64,000 bases of DNA. It comes from Candidatus Hydrogenedentota bacterium (GTDB lineage Bacteria > Hydrogenedentota > Hydrogenedentia > Hydrogenedentales > SLHB01). Below the pieces are notes generated by a model, which saw nothing but the letters and a program-made list of their open reading frames with translations, did no database searches and had not been told where the DNA came from. A program made the translations under genes and the position numbers. The stretch is from contig CAXXTH010000017.1 of assembly GCA_963668025.2 (NCBI GenBank), forward strand, positions 1,056,001 to 1,120,000, written 5' to 3'. Below are positions 40,259 through 50,428 of this stretch, piece by piece. Every line of letters begins with the position of its first letter. Within the stretch, counting starts at the first letter, position 1.

Positions 40259-41000
40259 AGAAGAAGAACGGGCGCACACCCTGGCTACGTTTGCGGAGCA
40301 TTTGGGAGTCGCCTTCCATGATATGGATTTACTGGACCGCGCCTTGACGCATGCCTCGACCGCAAGTGAGGGGGGCGGGCCAGGGTATAACTATGAGTCA
40401 CTCGAGTTTTTGGGTGATGCTGCATTGAGTTTAGCGGTTGCCCATGATCTTTTTGAGCGCGCGCCGGACCGCACTCCTGGTGAATATAGCCGGATGCGGG
40501 CGGCGGTGGTGAATCGCAGAAGCCTTGCCCGGATGGCCAAGCAGATTGGGGTGGCGCATGCCATCCGCCTCGGCAAAGGCGAGGAGATGTCTGGCGGGCG
40601 GCAGCGGGATGCGTTGCTCGAGGATTGCGTCGAGTCGGTGATAGGCGCTTTATATCTGGACCAAGGGTGGGCCGCCGTGCGGGAGTTCATCACCCGGGTG
40701 TTTGGAGAGGAACTCACGCGGGCGCATACGCTTGACCGGGTGTGGGATTTTAAGTCGCGTTTGCAGCATCACTGCCAAGCCCTTCATATCCCCTTGCCAA
40801 CGTTCCGGCTGGTGAGGACGGAGGGGCCTGACCATAAAAAAGAATTTGAAATAGAAGTTCTGCTCCGGGGCGAGTCTGTAGGGCGCGGCTCCGGATCGAG
40901 TAAGAAAGAAGCGGAACAAAACGCCGCCAAGGCAGCCCTCGAACACGAACGGTTGTCTGGCGGAAAAGCAACACCAACCAAGGGCGGGCCGAATGAATAA
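40251..41000 (+). CDS. rnc: Ribonuclease III
   Basis: ALTHAS, YESLEFLGDA, dsRBD with GSSKKEAEQNAA. Confidence 0.95.
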   Translation: MIEEEERAHTLATFAEHLGVAFHDMDLLDRALTHASTASEGGGPGYNYESLEFLGDAALSLAVAHDLFERAPDRTPGEYSRMRAAVVNRRSLARMAKQIGVAHAIRLGKGEEMSGGRQRDALLEDCVESVIGALYLDQGWAAVREFITRVFGEELTRAHTLDRVWDFKSRLQHHCQALHIPLPTFRLVRTEGPDHKKEFEIEVLLRGESVGRGSGSSKKEAEQNAAKAALEHERLSGGKATPTKGGPNE

Positions 41001-41036
41001 TGCCGTCCGAAACGAAAGGCTACAGGAGAACGCATC

Positions 41037-43091
41037 ATGGGGACTTACTTAATTCCATCAGGCGCGGCCAGCATATTGGCATTGCTGTTCGTTGTATACC
41101 TGATAAAGCACGTACTAGCCCAGCCGCAAGGCAACGAAACGATGGCCCATATTTCGCTGATGGTGCAGCGGGGCGCCCGGGCCTTCCTATACCGTGAATA
41201 TCGGTATGTATCGGTCACGGTGATTTTAATCGCCATCGCCATCGCCATTCTCGGCGCCATGCGCCCTGATCTGCCTCTTGGCTGGAAAACCTCGATTGCC
41301 TTCCTTGCGGGGGCTCTCGCCAGCACACTGGCGGGTTTCCTGGGCATGAATATCGCCACACGCGCCAACGCCCGCACCACGGCGGCGGCGGAGACCGGCG
41401 GCGTTAAGGGCGCGCTCGATGTGGCGATCAGCGGCGGCGCGGTCATGGGCATGGGCGTGGTCGGAATCGCGTTACTGGGCCTGGTGATTGTGTATTACAT
41501 TTTCGGTGGCGACTCCAACATCGTGAATGGATATGCCATGGGCGCTTCACTCGTAGCCTTGTTCGCACGCTCTGGCGGCGGCATCTACACCAAAGGCGCG
41601 GACATGGGCGCGGACCTGGTGGGTAAAGTCGAAGCCGGCATCCCGGAAGACGACCCCCGCAATCCCGCCGTGATCGCCGATAACGTGGGCGACAATGTGG
41701 GCGACGTGGCTGGTTTGGGCGCGGACCTACTGGAATCGTACGTTGAATCCATTATCGCTGCGCTGGCGATAGCAGCGATCATTTCCACTACGCCGGAAAT
41801 GACAGCGGGCCGTGATTATGCCACCGCATTCCCCTTCATAGTGGCTTCCATAGGCATTGTGGCTTCGATTTTGGGCGTGCTGTATGTCAAAATGTTTGCG
41901 AAGAGCAATCCCCAGGGCGCGCTCATGAATGGCACCTATATTAGCGCCATTCTGACCATCGCTGGCATAGCGGTCTATTCGGCCATGAAGGGCCAGCCTT
42001 TCGAGCTTCAGGGTGCTCAATACGGCGCATGGGGCCCCTTCTGGGCGTGCGTGCTGGGTATTATCTCGGGTTCTGTCGTGGGCTTCGTGAGTGAATTCTT
42101 CACATCGGGCAAATACAAACCTGTGCAGAAGCTTGCCGAGCGCTGCCAGACTGGCCCTGCTATCGCTGTGACGGAAGGCTCTGCCATCGGCATGGAAAGC
42201 ACGGCGCTGCCCGTGATTGTGTTAGCGATTTCAGTCATTCTCGCCTACCATTTCTGCGGCGTGTATGGTGTGGCCATCGCGGCGTTGGGCATGCTTGCCA
42301 CGACGGGCATGGTAGTGGCCGTGGACTCGTATGGTCCTATCGCGGATAACGCGGGCGGCATCGCGGAAATGGCGGGCTTGGATCCGAAAGTCCGCAAGAT
42401 TACGGATAATTTGGATGCCGTGGGTAATACCACTGCTGCCATCGGCAAAGGTTTCGCCATCGGCAGTGCGGCGTATGCGGCTATCGGACTGTTGAGCGCC
42501 TTCATGCTGGCGACGCACATTGATCCCCTGAAATTGACTTTGAGCAGTCCGTATATTCTTGCGGGCATGCTTATTGGCGGCATGATGCCGTTCCTGTTCT
42601 CTTCGATGTTGTTCCGCGCGGTAAGCAAATGTGCGGACACGATGATTCAGGAAGTGCGCCGCCAGTTCCGCGAAATCCCGGGGCTGAAAGAAGGCAAAGC
42701 GGGAGTTCATCCCGATAGCTCGACCTGTGTGGACATTGCCACCAAAGGCGCGATTAATGGCATGATGCTTCCTGGCATTATGGCGATAGTTTTCCCGGTC
42801 ATCATTGGCGTATGTATGGGTGCGGCGGGCCTCGCGGGCATGCTCGTGGGCGCTATCACCACCGGCGTCATGCTGGGCATCCAGACAGCCAACAGCGGCG
42901 GCGCGATGGATAATGCGAAGAAGTACATTGAAGAAGGCCACTTTGGCGGTAAAGGTTCGGAAGCCCATAAAGCGGCTGTCGTAGGCGACACCGTCGGCGA
43001 TCCGCTGAAAGACACCGTCGGCCCCTCGATCAACATCTTGATCAAGCTCATGTGCGTAATTTCGCTGGTGCTGGCTCCTTTGTTTCACTAG
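41037..43091 (+). CDS. hppA: Membrane-bound pyrophosphatase, K+-dependent type, probably Na+-translocating
   Basis: DMGADLVGKVE, EDDPRNPAVIADNVGDNVGD, GADLLESY, GNTTAA (Ala marks K+-dependence), GDTVGDPLKDT. Confidence 0.95.
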   Translation: MGTYLIPSGAASILALLFVVYLIKHVLAQPQGNETMAHISLMVQRGARAFLYREYRYVSVTVILIAIAIAILGAMRPDLPLGWKTSIAFLAGALASTLAGFLGMNIATRANARTTAAAETGGVKGALDVAISGGAVMGMGVVGIALLGLVIVYYIFGGDSNIVNGYAMGASLVALFARSGGGIYTKGADMGADLVGKVEAGIPEDDPRNPAVIADNVGDNVGDVAGLGADLLESYVESIIAALAIAAIISTTPEMTAGRDYATAFPFIVASIGIVASILGVLYVKMFAKSNPQGALMNGTYISAILTIAGIAVYSAMKGQPFELQGAQYGAWGPFWACVLGIISGSVVGFVSEFFTSGKYKPVQKLAERCQTGPAIAVTEGSAIGMESTALPVIVLAISVILAYHFCGVYGVAIAALGMLATTGMVVAVDSYGPIADNAGGIAEMAGLDPKVRKITDNLDAVGNTTAAIGKGFAIGSAAYAAIGLLSAFMLATHIDPLKLTLSSPYILAGMLIGGMMPFLFSSMLFRAVSKCADTMIQEVRRQFREIPGLKEGKAGVHPDSSTCVDIATKGAINGMMLPGIMAIVFPVIIGVCMGAAGLAGMLVGAITTGVMLGIQTANSGGAMDNAKKYIEEGHFGGKGSEAHKAAVVGDTVGDPLKDTVGPSINILIKLMCVISLVLAPLFH

Positions 43092-43115
43092 TCATACCGC
43101 ATAAGTACATGCTTG

Positions 43116-43150
43116 AGGCCCGTTTCCGGATGGAGGCGGGCCTTTTTCTT
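43116..43150 (+). terminator. Intrinsic terminator after hppA
   Basis: AGGCCCGTTTCC-GGAT-GGAGGCGGGCCT followed by TTTTCTT. Confidence 0.8.
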
Positions 43151-43252
43151 GTTAAAAAGGATATCAGGGGATATAGTTGGGGTGGGACGTTGATTGCCAT
43201 CACGTGATCTTCTAGAAGCTCTAGGGAAAGTTGATTATGGGAGGATGGGGAT

Positions 43253-45031
43253 ATGAGCAGGAGCAATTCAGGACACAAAACGCTGATGCATATGGTTTTC
43301 TTGGCAGGCCTTTCCGTTGTATGGCCTTTATTGGCGGTGGCGGAAGATGAGCTCGCATGGGTGCGGACCGCACCCGGGGGAACATCACAAGTGCAGGATA
43401 TCGCCACGGACACGGATGGAAATGTCTATACGGCGGGCCGGTTTGTTGGAACCGTCGACCTTGATAATGGGCCAGGCGAGTATGTGTTGGTTTCAGGGGA
43501 GCTAGACGATGGCCTTATTGTAAAATATGATTCCACTGGCCACCTGCTCTGGGCGGCGAAGTTGACGGGCCCCGAGCAGATCATTTGTTACGGAATTGAT
43601 GTGGATAGTCTTGGAAACGTCTATGCGACCGGTTCATTTTGGAATTCAATCGATTTAGATCCAGGCGCAGGCGTCGATTCGCATACATCGCATGGGGGAA
43701 CAGACCTATTCATTGTCAAGCTATCCTCTTCAGGCAATTTGGTCTGGGGATATACGATGGGCGGCGCGTCTGGTGATGAAGGACGGGATGTATCCGTCTA
43801 TGGCCGTGGCCTTTCCGAGAACCTCACGTTTGCGGGCTCGTTTGGGGGAAGTGTGGATTTTGATCCCAGCAAAACAGAGCATACTCTAGTCAGCGCGGGA
43901 AGCAGCGACATTTTTACATGCCGATGGTCTTTGGATGCGGCTTGGGCCTGGTCGTATCGGGGGGGAGCGGCGCTGGCGGACACGGCCATGGACATCGCCG
44001 TGGATGCCTCGGGGGTGTATGTGGCGGGCGCGTTTTCAAGTAGTGTAAGTTTTGGCGGAAGCACGCATACCTCGTTAGGCGGTACGGATGCATTTTTGCT
44101 GGGCCTCAATTCCTCTGGCGTGTATGTATGGGATTATGCCATTGGAGGGAGCGGCCAAGATGAAATAAGCGCCATTTCGCTAAGCACGGATTCGGTATTT
44201 GTGGCGGGCAATTTCCGAGAACAAATGGACCTCAATCCAACCAAGGCAGCCTATGTCATCACCTCACAGGGCGAGGCGGATGCGTTTGTAGCCAAACTCG
44301 ACAAGAGTGGCGGTTTCGCATGGGGGCGCGGTTTTGGCGGAACGGAGAGCGACGCCGCAACCTCCGTCTTGGCAGGCGAGGATGGCGGCGTGTCGTGGGC
44401 AGGATATTATCAAAATGAAATGGATGCGGACCCCAGTGGCGCAGTATATGAACTCACTTCAGCGGGAGAAACCGATATTGTCTTTTCCCGCCTGGATGTG
44501 AGCGGTGGTTTGCTATCCGCGTCCTCGATTGGCAATACGTCATGGGATAGCGCACAAGCACTAGGTGGAAATACCGCAGGCGAGCATTTTGTTGGTGGTT
44601 CATTTTATGGCTCCGTGGATTTTAATCCTGGGCCTGTCTCGAACATCGTGGAATCCGGCCCAAGCAGTTCCTCGTTTCTCATGAAGCTCTTCGGCCCCGA
44701 TCCGGATGGGGACGGTTTGCCGAGTGAATGGGAAGGTGATTGGGATGCGGACGGTGATGGTCTAATGAACTGTATCGACAAGGATAGCGACGGGGACGGC
44801 ATACTGGATGTCGATGATTTGTCAGATAATGGTGATGATGTGGATGGCGACGGGGTCTATAATCCGTATGACACGGATAGTGATGGAGATGGCATTCCTG
44901 ATGGCGCGGAGATGAAGCAAGGCTCGGATCCGTATGATTTCGCGAGTTCCGAACCTATGCCGTTAGGTTCATGGGTGATGGGTGGGATTTTGGCGTTAAT
45001 CGCGATACGCAAGGCGAGAAAATATTCGTGA
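43253..45031 (+). CDS. Secreted SBBP-type beta-propeller protein with DxDGDG Ca-binding repeats and C-terminal membrane anchor
   Basis: Repeats of D..GNVY.G.F / D.F..K....G...W; TSP3-like DSDGDG repeats; hydrophobic tail plus RKARK. Confidence 0.8.
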   Translation: MSRSNSGHKTLMHMVFLAGLSVVWPLLAVAEDELAWVRTAPGGTSQVQDIATDTDGNVYTAGRFVGTVDLDNGPGEYVLVSGELDDGLIVKYDSTGHLLWAAKLTGPEQIICYGIDVDSLGNVYATGSFWNSIDLDPGAGVDSHTSHGGTDLFIVKLSSSGNLVWGYTMGGASGDEGRDVSVYGRGLSENLTFAGSFGGSVDFDPSKTEHTLVSAGSSDIFTCRWSLDAAWAWSYRGGAALADTAMDIAVDASGVYVAGAFSSSVSFGGSTHTSLGGTDAFLLGLNSSGVYVWDYAIGGSGQDEISAISLSTDSVFVAGNFREQMDLNPTKAAYVITSQGEADAFVAKLDKSGGFAWGRGFGGTESDAATSVLAGEDGGVSWAGYYQNEMDADPSGAVYELTSAGETDIVFSRLDVSGGLLSASSIGNTSWDSAQALGGNTAGEHFVGGSFYGSVDFNPGPVSNIVESGPSSSSFLMKLFGPDPDGDGLPSEWEGDWDADGDGLMNCIDKDSDGDGILDVDDLSDNGDDVDGDGVYNPYDTDSDGDGIPDGAEMKQGSDPYDFASSEPMPLGSWVMGGILALIAIRKARKYS

Positions 45032-46086
45032 GGAAGCAGATTAAGGTAGCGATTATTGGCCTGGGCAAAATGGGCCGTATCCGCGCCACTGAACTCGAGC
45101 ATCAACGGGATGCCGTTTTATGGTGCGGATGCGACCCGGACTCGATGCGGTATTCGGATTTTCCAGGGCTTCGTTGTTTTCCAGACTGGCGCGAGGCGCT
45201 GGCCGAGGATATCGATGCGGTTTTCGTAGCGACGCCCAACCGGGTTGCGCCAAAGGCGGTATGCGAGGCGCTCGATGCGGGCAAGCATGTTTTCTGTGAG
45301 AAGCCGCCGGGATGCGCTGTTTCGGATATCGAGGCCATTCGCGAAGCGGAACGGCGGAATCCGGGCCTTGCGCTCCAGTTTGGATTTAACCATCGGTATC
45401 ATGGTTCGGTTCAAGATGCGTATCGTATCGTATCGAGTGGCGTGCTGGGGCGCATTCTTTGGATGCGGGGCGTATATGGCAAAGCGGGCGGCGCAGGCTT
45501 TGAGCATTCCTGGCGGAACGATAAGGCCCAGGCGGGCGCGGGCATACTGCTCGACCAGGGCATCCACATGCTCGATCTGTTCCGGTTCTTCGGCGGGGAA
45601 TTCACGGAAGTGAAAAGCATGGCTGGTACGTTGTGCTGGCCGGTTGAGGTCGAGGACAACGTTTTTGCCCTGTTGCGCGGTGCAAGTGGATGCATGGCTA
45701 TGCTGCATTCTTCGAGTGTGATGTGGCGGCATCGTTTCCAGCTCGAGATCATGGGCATGGAGGGATATGTGCGCCTGGATGGGATTCTGTCGGCCTCGGG
45801 GGCATATGCCCCCGAGGCCTTGGTGCTGGGGCGGCGTACGGCGGATGGGACGGATCGGACAGATCGGTCGGATCGGTCGGATGAGACTATCACCACCTAT
45901 GACGCGGATTGTTCCTGGCGGCTTGAAATAGAGGATTTTCTGGGCCATGTGCGGAATGGCGCGCCGGTGGTTTCGGGTTCTTCGGAGGATGCGCTTCAAG
46001 CAATGCGGCTGGTTCAGGCCATCTACGAAAATGATCGTGTGTTCATGAATGGCCAGAGCCGTCCTATGGAGGGTGGCGTCCTATGA
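45028..46086 (+). CDS. Gfo/Idh/MocA family oxidoreductase
   Basis: IIGLGKMG, GKHVFCEKP, GFNHRY, GILLDQGIHMLD. Confidence 0.9.
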   Translation: MRKQIKVAIIGLGKMGRIRATELEHQRDAVLWCGCDPDSMRYSDFPGLRCFPDWREALAEDIDAVFVATPNRVAPKAVCEALDAGKHVFCEKPPGCAVSDIEAIREAERRNPGLALQFGFNHRYHGSVQDAYRIVSSGVLGRILWMRGVYGKAGGAGFEHSWRNDKAQAGAGILLDQGIHMLDLFRFFGGEFTEVKSMAGTLCWPVEVEDNVFALLRGASGCMAMLHSSSVMWRHRFQLEIMGMEGYVRLDGILSASGAYAPEALVLGRRTADGTDRTDRSDRSDETITTYDADCSWRLEIEDFLGHVRNGAPVVSGSSEDALQAMRLVQAIYENDRVFMNGQSRPMEGGVL

Positions 46087-47003
46087 GTATATGTGTGGCC
46101 ATTGGGCCATCTTCGTTTGGGGAAGCCGATGATGCGCCGTTGCGCATGCTGCATGAACGCGGTGTTGAAGTGAAGCCGAATCCGTTTGGGCGGCGTATGA
46201 CGGAAGCGGAGGCCATTGCGCATGTGGCGGGGGTGGATGGCCTTCTTGCCGGGCTCGAGCCGCTTACGCGGGCGGTGTTTGCCGTATCGCCTCAGCTTCG
46301 CGTAGTGTCGCGGGTGGGGATTGGCGTCACGAATGTGGATTTTGCGGCAGCTAGGGAATTTGGAGTCCAGGTGTCGAATACGCCGGAGCCGCCTGCGCAC
46401 GCCGTGGCCGAAATGACCCTTGCGGCGTTGCTGGCGTTGTGCCGGGGCCTATTGCCTGCGAATGCGGCGCTCCATGCTGGGCGTTGGGAAAAGCGTATTG
46501 GAACGGGCTTGGCTGGGTCGAAGGTGCTGTTGATCGGTTGCGGGCGGATTGGCAAGCGGGTGGCTGGGTTGTTGCAAGCATTCGGCGCTATTGTTTGGGC
46601 GTATGATCCCCAGGTCGAGTCGAATGAATTGCCAGCGGGCGTTGCTAAAGCAACTTCTTTGACGGATGGCCTGGTGTGGGCCGATGTCATTTCGCTGCAC
46701 GCCAGTGGAACCGGCTGCATTCTGGATGCGCCCGCGTTTGACGCCATGCGCGAAGGGGTGCTGCTGCTTAACTCCGCCCGGGGCGAGCTGGTGGATGAGG
46801 ACGCGCTGGCTGCCGCGCTTGAATCGGGGAAAGCAGGCGGGGCATGGTTTGACGCATTCGCGCAAGAGCCGTATACAGGCCCATTGGCCCGGTTCGAGCA
46901 CATGCTGCTGACGCCCCATATCGCCACCTACACCCGGCAATGCCGGCTGGCCATGGAAGTGGAAGCCGTGGAAAACTTGTTGCGCGATTTGGGCGCAGTC
47001 TGA
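46083..47003 (+). CDS. D-2-hydroxyacid (phosphoglycerate dehydrogenase-like) dehydrogenase
   Basis: SRVGIG, GCGRIG, NSARGELVDE, LTPHIA. Confidence 0.9.
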   Translation: MSICVAIGPSSFGEADDAPLRMLHERGVEVKPNPFGRRMTEAEAIAHVAGVDGLLAGLEPLTRAVFAVSPQLRVVSRVGIGVTNVDFAAAREFGVQVSNTPEPPAHAVAEMTLAALLALCRGLLPANAALHAGRWEKRIGTGLAGSKVLLIGCGRIGKRVAGLLQAFGAIVWAYDPQVESNELPAGVAKATSLTDGLVWADVISLHASGTGCILDAPAFDAMREGVLLLNSARGELVDEDALAAALESGKAGGAWFDAFAQEPYTGPLARFEHMLLTPHIATYTRQCRLAMEVEAVENLLRDLGAV

Positions 47004-47021
47004 GTATTTTCTTCAAAAACA

Positions 47022-47058
47022 AAACCGCCGCAGGGCCTCTTGGCTCCTGCGGCGGTTT
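47022..47058. terminator. Bidirectional terminator between convergent genes
   Basis: AAACCGCCGCAGG ... CCTGCGGCGGTTT perfect 13-bp stem flanked by A and T runs. Confidence 0.85.
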
Positions 47059-47085
47059 CTGTGTTAGCTTGGTTTTTCTTATTGG

Positions 47086-47751
47086 TTATTGGCCTAGTGT
47101 AACTTCAAAGACCACCCGGCGATTCAACGAACGGTTGGCTTTCGAGGTGTTCGGGACCGCAGGCTGCGATTCGCCGAAGCTCTTCGTCGAGATGCGGGCT
47201 TCAGGAACGCCGCTCTCGAGCAAGTACTTCTTAACCGAATCCGCGCGGCGCTGGCCGAGGCCCATATTGTAGGCGTCGGTGCCGATGTCGCACGTATGGC
47301 CTTGAAGAAGGACGGTGCTCTTCGGATCGGTATTCTTCATGAAGTCGACGACCTTATCGGTCTCGGCTTTGCCTTCGGGCTTCAGAACGGACTTGTCGAA
47401 GTCAAACAACACATTATTCAGTACAGGCTTCTGAATGACCTGCGCCGGGGGAGGCGTTACTGCGGGCGTGGGAGGCACGACAGCGGGTTTTTCCGCAGCC
47501 GGCTGCCAAATGTGATACACCACGCCGCGGTTGCCCCATGCTTCGGAATCATCCGCATTCGAGGCTGGTTCGGTCGGCCACCACCAATAGCCAGAACGCA
47601 CCGCATCCTTTACTGGATCCGGTTGCGCGCCACTGGTCGCCCACCATGAATAGTCATCCCACACTTTTGGTTCGTACGCTAATGCTGTCCCGCATGCCAG
47701 GAGGAGAGTCAGCACCAGCGTGCAAGCAAGCACGTGTTTCATCTTGGTCAT
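47086..47751 (-). CDS. OmpA C-terminal (peptidoglycan-binding) domain protein
   Basis: Signal peptide; LFDFDKS, GHTCDIGTDAYNMGLGQRRA, NRRV. Confidence 0.92.
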   Translation of the reverse strand: MTKMKHVLACTLVLTLLLACGTALAYEPKVWDDYSWWATSGAQPDPVKDAVRSGYWWWPTEPASNADDSEAWGNRGVVYHIWQPAAEKPAVVPPTPAVTPPPAQVIQKPVLNNVLFDFDKSVLKPEGKAETDKVVDFMKNTDPKSTVLLQGHTCDIGTDAYNMGLGQRRADSVKKYLLESGVPEARISTKSFGESQPAVPNTSKANRSLNRRVVFEVTLGQ

Positions 47752-48066
47752 CTCCTTTTTCCGCTTGTTCCGCTTGATAAAGCTAACACCAATTGTTATT
47801 TAACCATAATCTACGGGGGCTGTCAAGTGATATGAATGCGTTATCGCACTATTCCAGTTTTTTTAATGCTGATTTTTTTGAAAAAGAACTTGTTTTGAAT
47901 GTGTATAGTGGGAACAGGGCGGCTCCATACACTGGGCATATGGATACGGTTTAAAGGAAAATTGCGTTGCGCAAGCCTGGCGGCCATGGTACAATCTTGC
48001 CTCAAACTGGGTAAAGTATGAGATTTGTCGCGGAGCCATGGCTTCCCCCATAGCGAAGGAGCTTAT

Positions 48067-49374
48067 ATGAAAATCGCCATTATTGGAACAGGATATGTGG
48101 GCCTTGTTGTGGGCACGGGGCTGGCCGAAAACGGCCATTCGGTCACCTGCATCGACCGGGATCCCGAGCGGATTGACATGCTTCGGAATGGGAAGATACC
48201 CATTTACGAGCCGGGCCTTGAAGAGCTTCTCATGCGCAATATCGAGGAAGAGCGCATGTCCTTCACCACGGATACGGCGGAAGGCGTGGCGGATAAGCTG
48301 TTGATCTTTTTCTGCGTGGACACGCCGACGGGAGAGGATGGCGTGCCGGACCGCTCGAATGTGGTGGCGGCCGCGGAGGCCGTGGGCCGCGCGCTCACGA
48401 AATACGCCATCATGGTGGTCAAGAGCACATGCCCCGTGGGCACGGCGGAGAAGATTCGGGAGACGATTTCGGGGCTGACCTCGATTCCGTTTGATGTGGT
48501 GTCGAATCCGGAGTTCTTGAAAGAGGGCGCGGCGGTAGACGATTTCATGCGTCCGGACCGGGTGGTGATTGGCAGCGACGATGTGCGCGTGCTCGAGATC
48601 ATGCGGGAGCTGTACAGCCCCTTCCTGCGCACGGGCAAGCCGTTGATAGCCATGGGGATCCGCAGTGCGGAAATGGCCAAGTACGCCATGAACACCATGC
48701 TTGCGGCGCGCATTTCGCTGATGAATGAGCTGGCGAGCATCGCTGAAGCGCAAGGGGCCGACATCACGCAAGTCCGCGAAGCAGTGATGGCGGATTCGCG
48801 CGTAGGCTCCTCGTATCTATTCCCGGGACTGGGTTTTGGCGGCTCCTGCCTTCCCAAAGACACGAAGGCCGCATTATGGATGGGCAAGTCGAAAGGCGTT
48901 GCAACGCCGATGCTCGAGGGGGTCATCGAGACCAATGACCGGCAGCAATCGAATTTCGTACAGAAGATGCTAGATCATTACGGCGAGCGCATCAAGGGCG
49001 CCCGCATCGTGCTATGGGGTGTGAGCTTCAAGCCGCGCACGGATGATATCCGTTTTGCGCCAGCGCTGCGCGTGATGGATGGCCTTTTGGAAGCAGGCGC
49101 GGAGGTGACGGTATTTGATCCCGTGGCGGGGCCGAAGGTCGCGGAACAATATGGCGAGCGCGTGACGGTCGCGAAGAAGATGTATTCTTCCATTGAAGGT
49201 GCGGACGGGCTTGCGATCATCACGGAATGGCGTGAATTCCATTTCCCTGATTTCGAGCGGATGGGCACGCTGATGAAGGAAAAAGTCATATTCGACGGGC
49301 GCAATCTGTATTCGCTGCAAACCATGCGCGAGCAGGGATTCCGTTATATCAGCATCGGCCGCCCGAGTGTGTAA
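48067..49374 (+). CDS. ugd: UDP-glucose 6-dehydrogenase
   Basis: GTGYVGL, KST, NPEFLKEG, GFGGSCLPKD, FKPRTDD. Confidence 0.93.
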   Translation: MKIAIIGTGYVGLVVGTGLAENGHSVTCIDRDPERIDMLRNGKIPIYEPGLEELLMRNIEEERMSFTTDTAEGVADKLLIFFCVDTPTGEDGVPDRSNVVAAAEAVGRALTKYAIMVVKSTCPVGTAEKIRETISGLTSIPFDVVSNPEFLKEGAAVDDFMRPDRVVIGSDDVRVLEIMRELYSPFLRTGKPLIAMGIRSAEMAKYAMNTMLAARISLMNELASIAEAQGADITQVREAVMADSRVGSSYLFPGLGFGGSCLPKDTKAALWMGKSKGVATPMLEGVIETNDRQQSNFVQKMLDHYGERIKGARIVLWGVSFKPRTDDIRFAPALRVMDGLLEAGAEVTVFDPVAGPKVAEQYGERVTVAKKMYSSIEGADGLAIITEWREFHFPDFERMGTLMKEKVIFDGRNLYSLQTMREQGFRYISIGRPSV

Positions 49375-49439
49375 GCAGTGGGGGTAAGGCTTCGCACTGA
49401 AGCGAAGGGCTTGGTTTACCCAAAGGAGGGAGTCGTTTT

Positions 49440-50378
49440 TTGGCTATCACGAATCTGGTAACCGGTGGAGCGGGCTTCATCGGCTCGCATTTGTGTGAAC
49501 GGCTTCTCGAACGGGGCGAAGACGTAGTCTGCTTGGACAACTTTTTCACGGGTGATAAAAACAACATCACCCATTTGTTTGCGAATCCTCGATTCGAGCT
49601 GATCCGGCATGATGTGACGCAGCCGATTCTGATTGAAGTGGACCGCATCTATAATTTGGCGTGTCCTGCTTCGCCCGTGCATTACCAATATAACGCCATA
49701 AAAACGATCAAGACCAACGTGATGGGCGCGTTGAACATGCTGGGCCTTGCCCGGCGCGTGAAGGCGCGGATTTTGCAGGCGTCGACCTCGGAAGTGTATG
49801 GCGATCCGGCGGTGCATCCGCAGGTCGAGACCTACTGGGGCAATGTCAATCCCATAGGCATCCGTAGTTGCTACGATGAAGGCAAGCGCGTCGCGGAGAC
49901 GCTGTTTTTTGATTACCACCGGCAAAACGGCGTGGATATCCGCGTGGTGCGCATATTCAACACGTATGGCCCCCGCATGTCGATTGCCGATGGGCGCGTC
50001 GTGAGCAATTTCATCGTGCAGGCGCTGCGCCATGATCCCATCACGATATATGGCGAGGGACAGCAGACGCGCTCGTTCTGCTATGTGAGCGACCTCGTTG
50101 ATGGGATGATCCGTATGATGGACTGCGAGGGCTTCACGGGCCCAGTGAATTTAGGCAACCCCGGCGAGTTCACGATTCGTGAACTCGCCGAGGCTGTCAT
50201 GGAATTGACTGGCAGCGATTCCCGGCTGGATTACCAGCCGCTGCCTTCCGATGATCCGACCCGCCGCAAGCCCGATATCAGCCTGGCCCGCCAGAAACTG
50301 GGGTGGGAGCCCGCCGTGCCCTTGCGCCAAGGGCTGAAATGGACCGTTGACTATTTTAAGGCGATTTTAGGGGCTTAA
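49440..50378 (+). CDS. UDP-glucuronate decarboxylase (UXS)
   Basis: [38 protein letters not shown]. Confidence 0.93.
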   Translation: MAITNLVTGGAGFIGSHLCERLLERGEDVVCLDNFFTGDKNNITHLFANPRFELIRHDVTQPILIEVDRIYNLACPASPVHYQYNAIKTIKTNVMGALNMLGLARRVKARILQASTSEVYGDPAVHPQVETYWGNVNPIGIRSCYDEGKRVAETLFFDYHRQNGVDIRVVRIFNTYGPRMSIADGRVVSNFIVQALRHDPITIYGEGQQTRSFCYVSDLVDGMIRMMDCEGFTGPVNLGNPGEFTIRELAEAVMELTGSDSRLDYQPLPSDDPTRRKPDISLARQKLGWEPAVPLRQGLKWTVDYFKAILGA

Positions 50379-50428
50379 TGGCGGCATACGGATGCGGCCA
50401 ATCGAGGGCGTTCATTCAAAATCACATA

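Noticed and set aside
42231-43088. Long antisense ORFs (also 61735-62709, 47863-48771, 45118-45999, 34040-34789, 23395-24270)
   Set aside because: They are shadow frames opposite well-supported genes, common in GC-rich DNA, and contain no recognisable motifs.
44695-44900. Repeated GAT/GGC-rich units
   Set aside because: These are protein-level DxDGDG calcium-binding repeats, not a DNA element.
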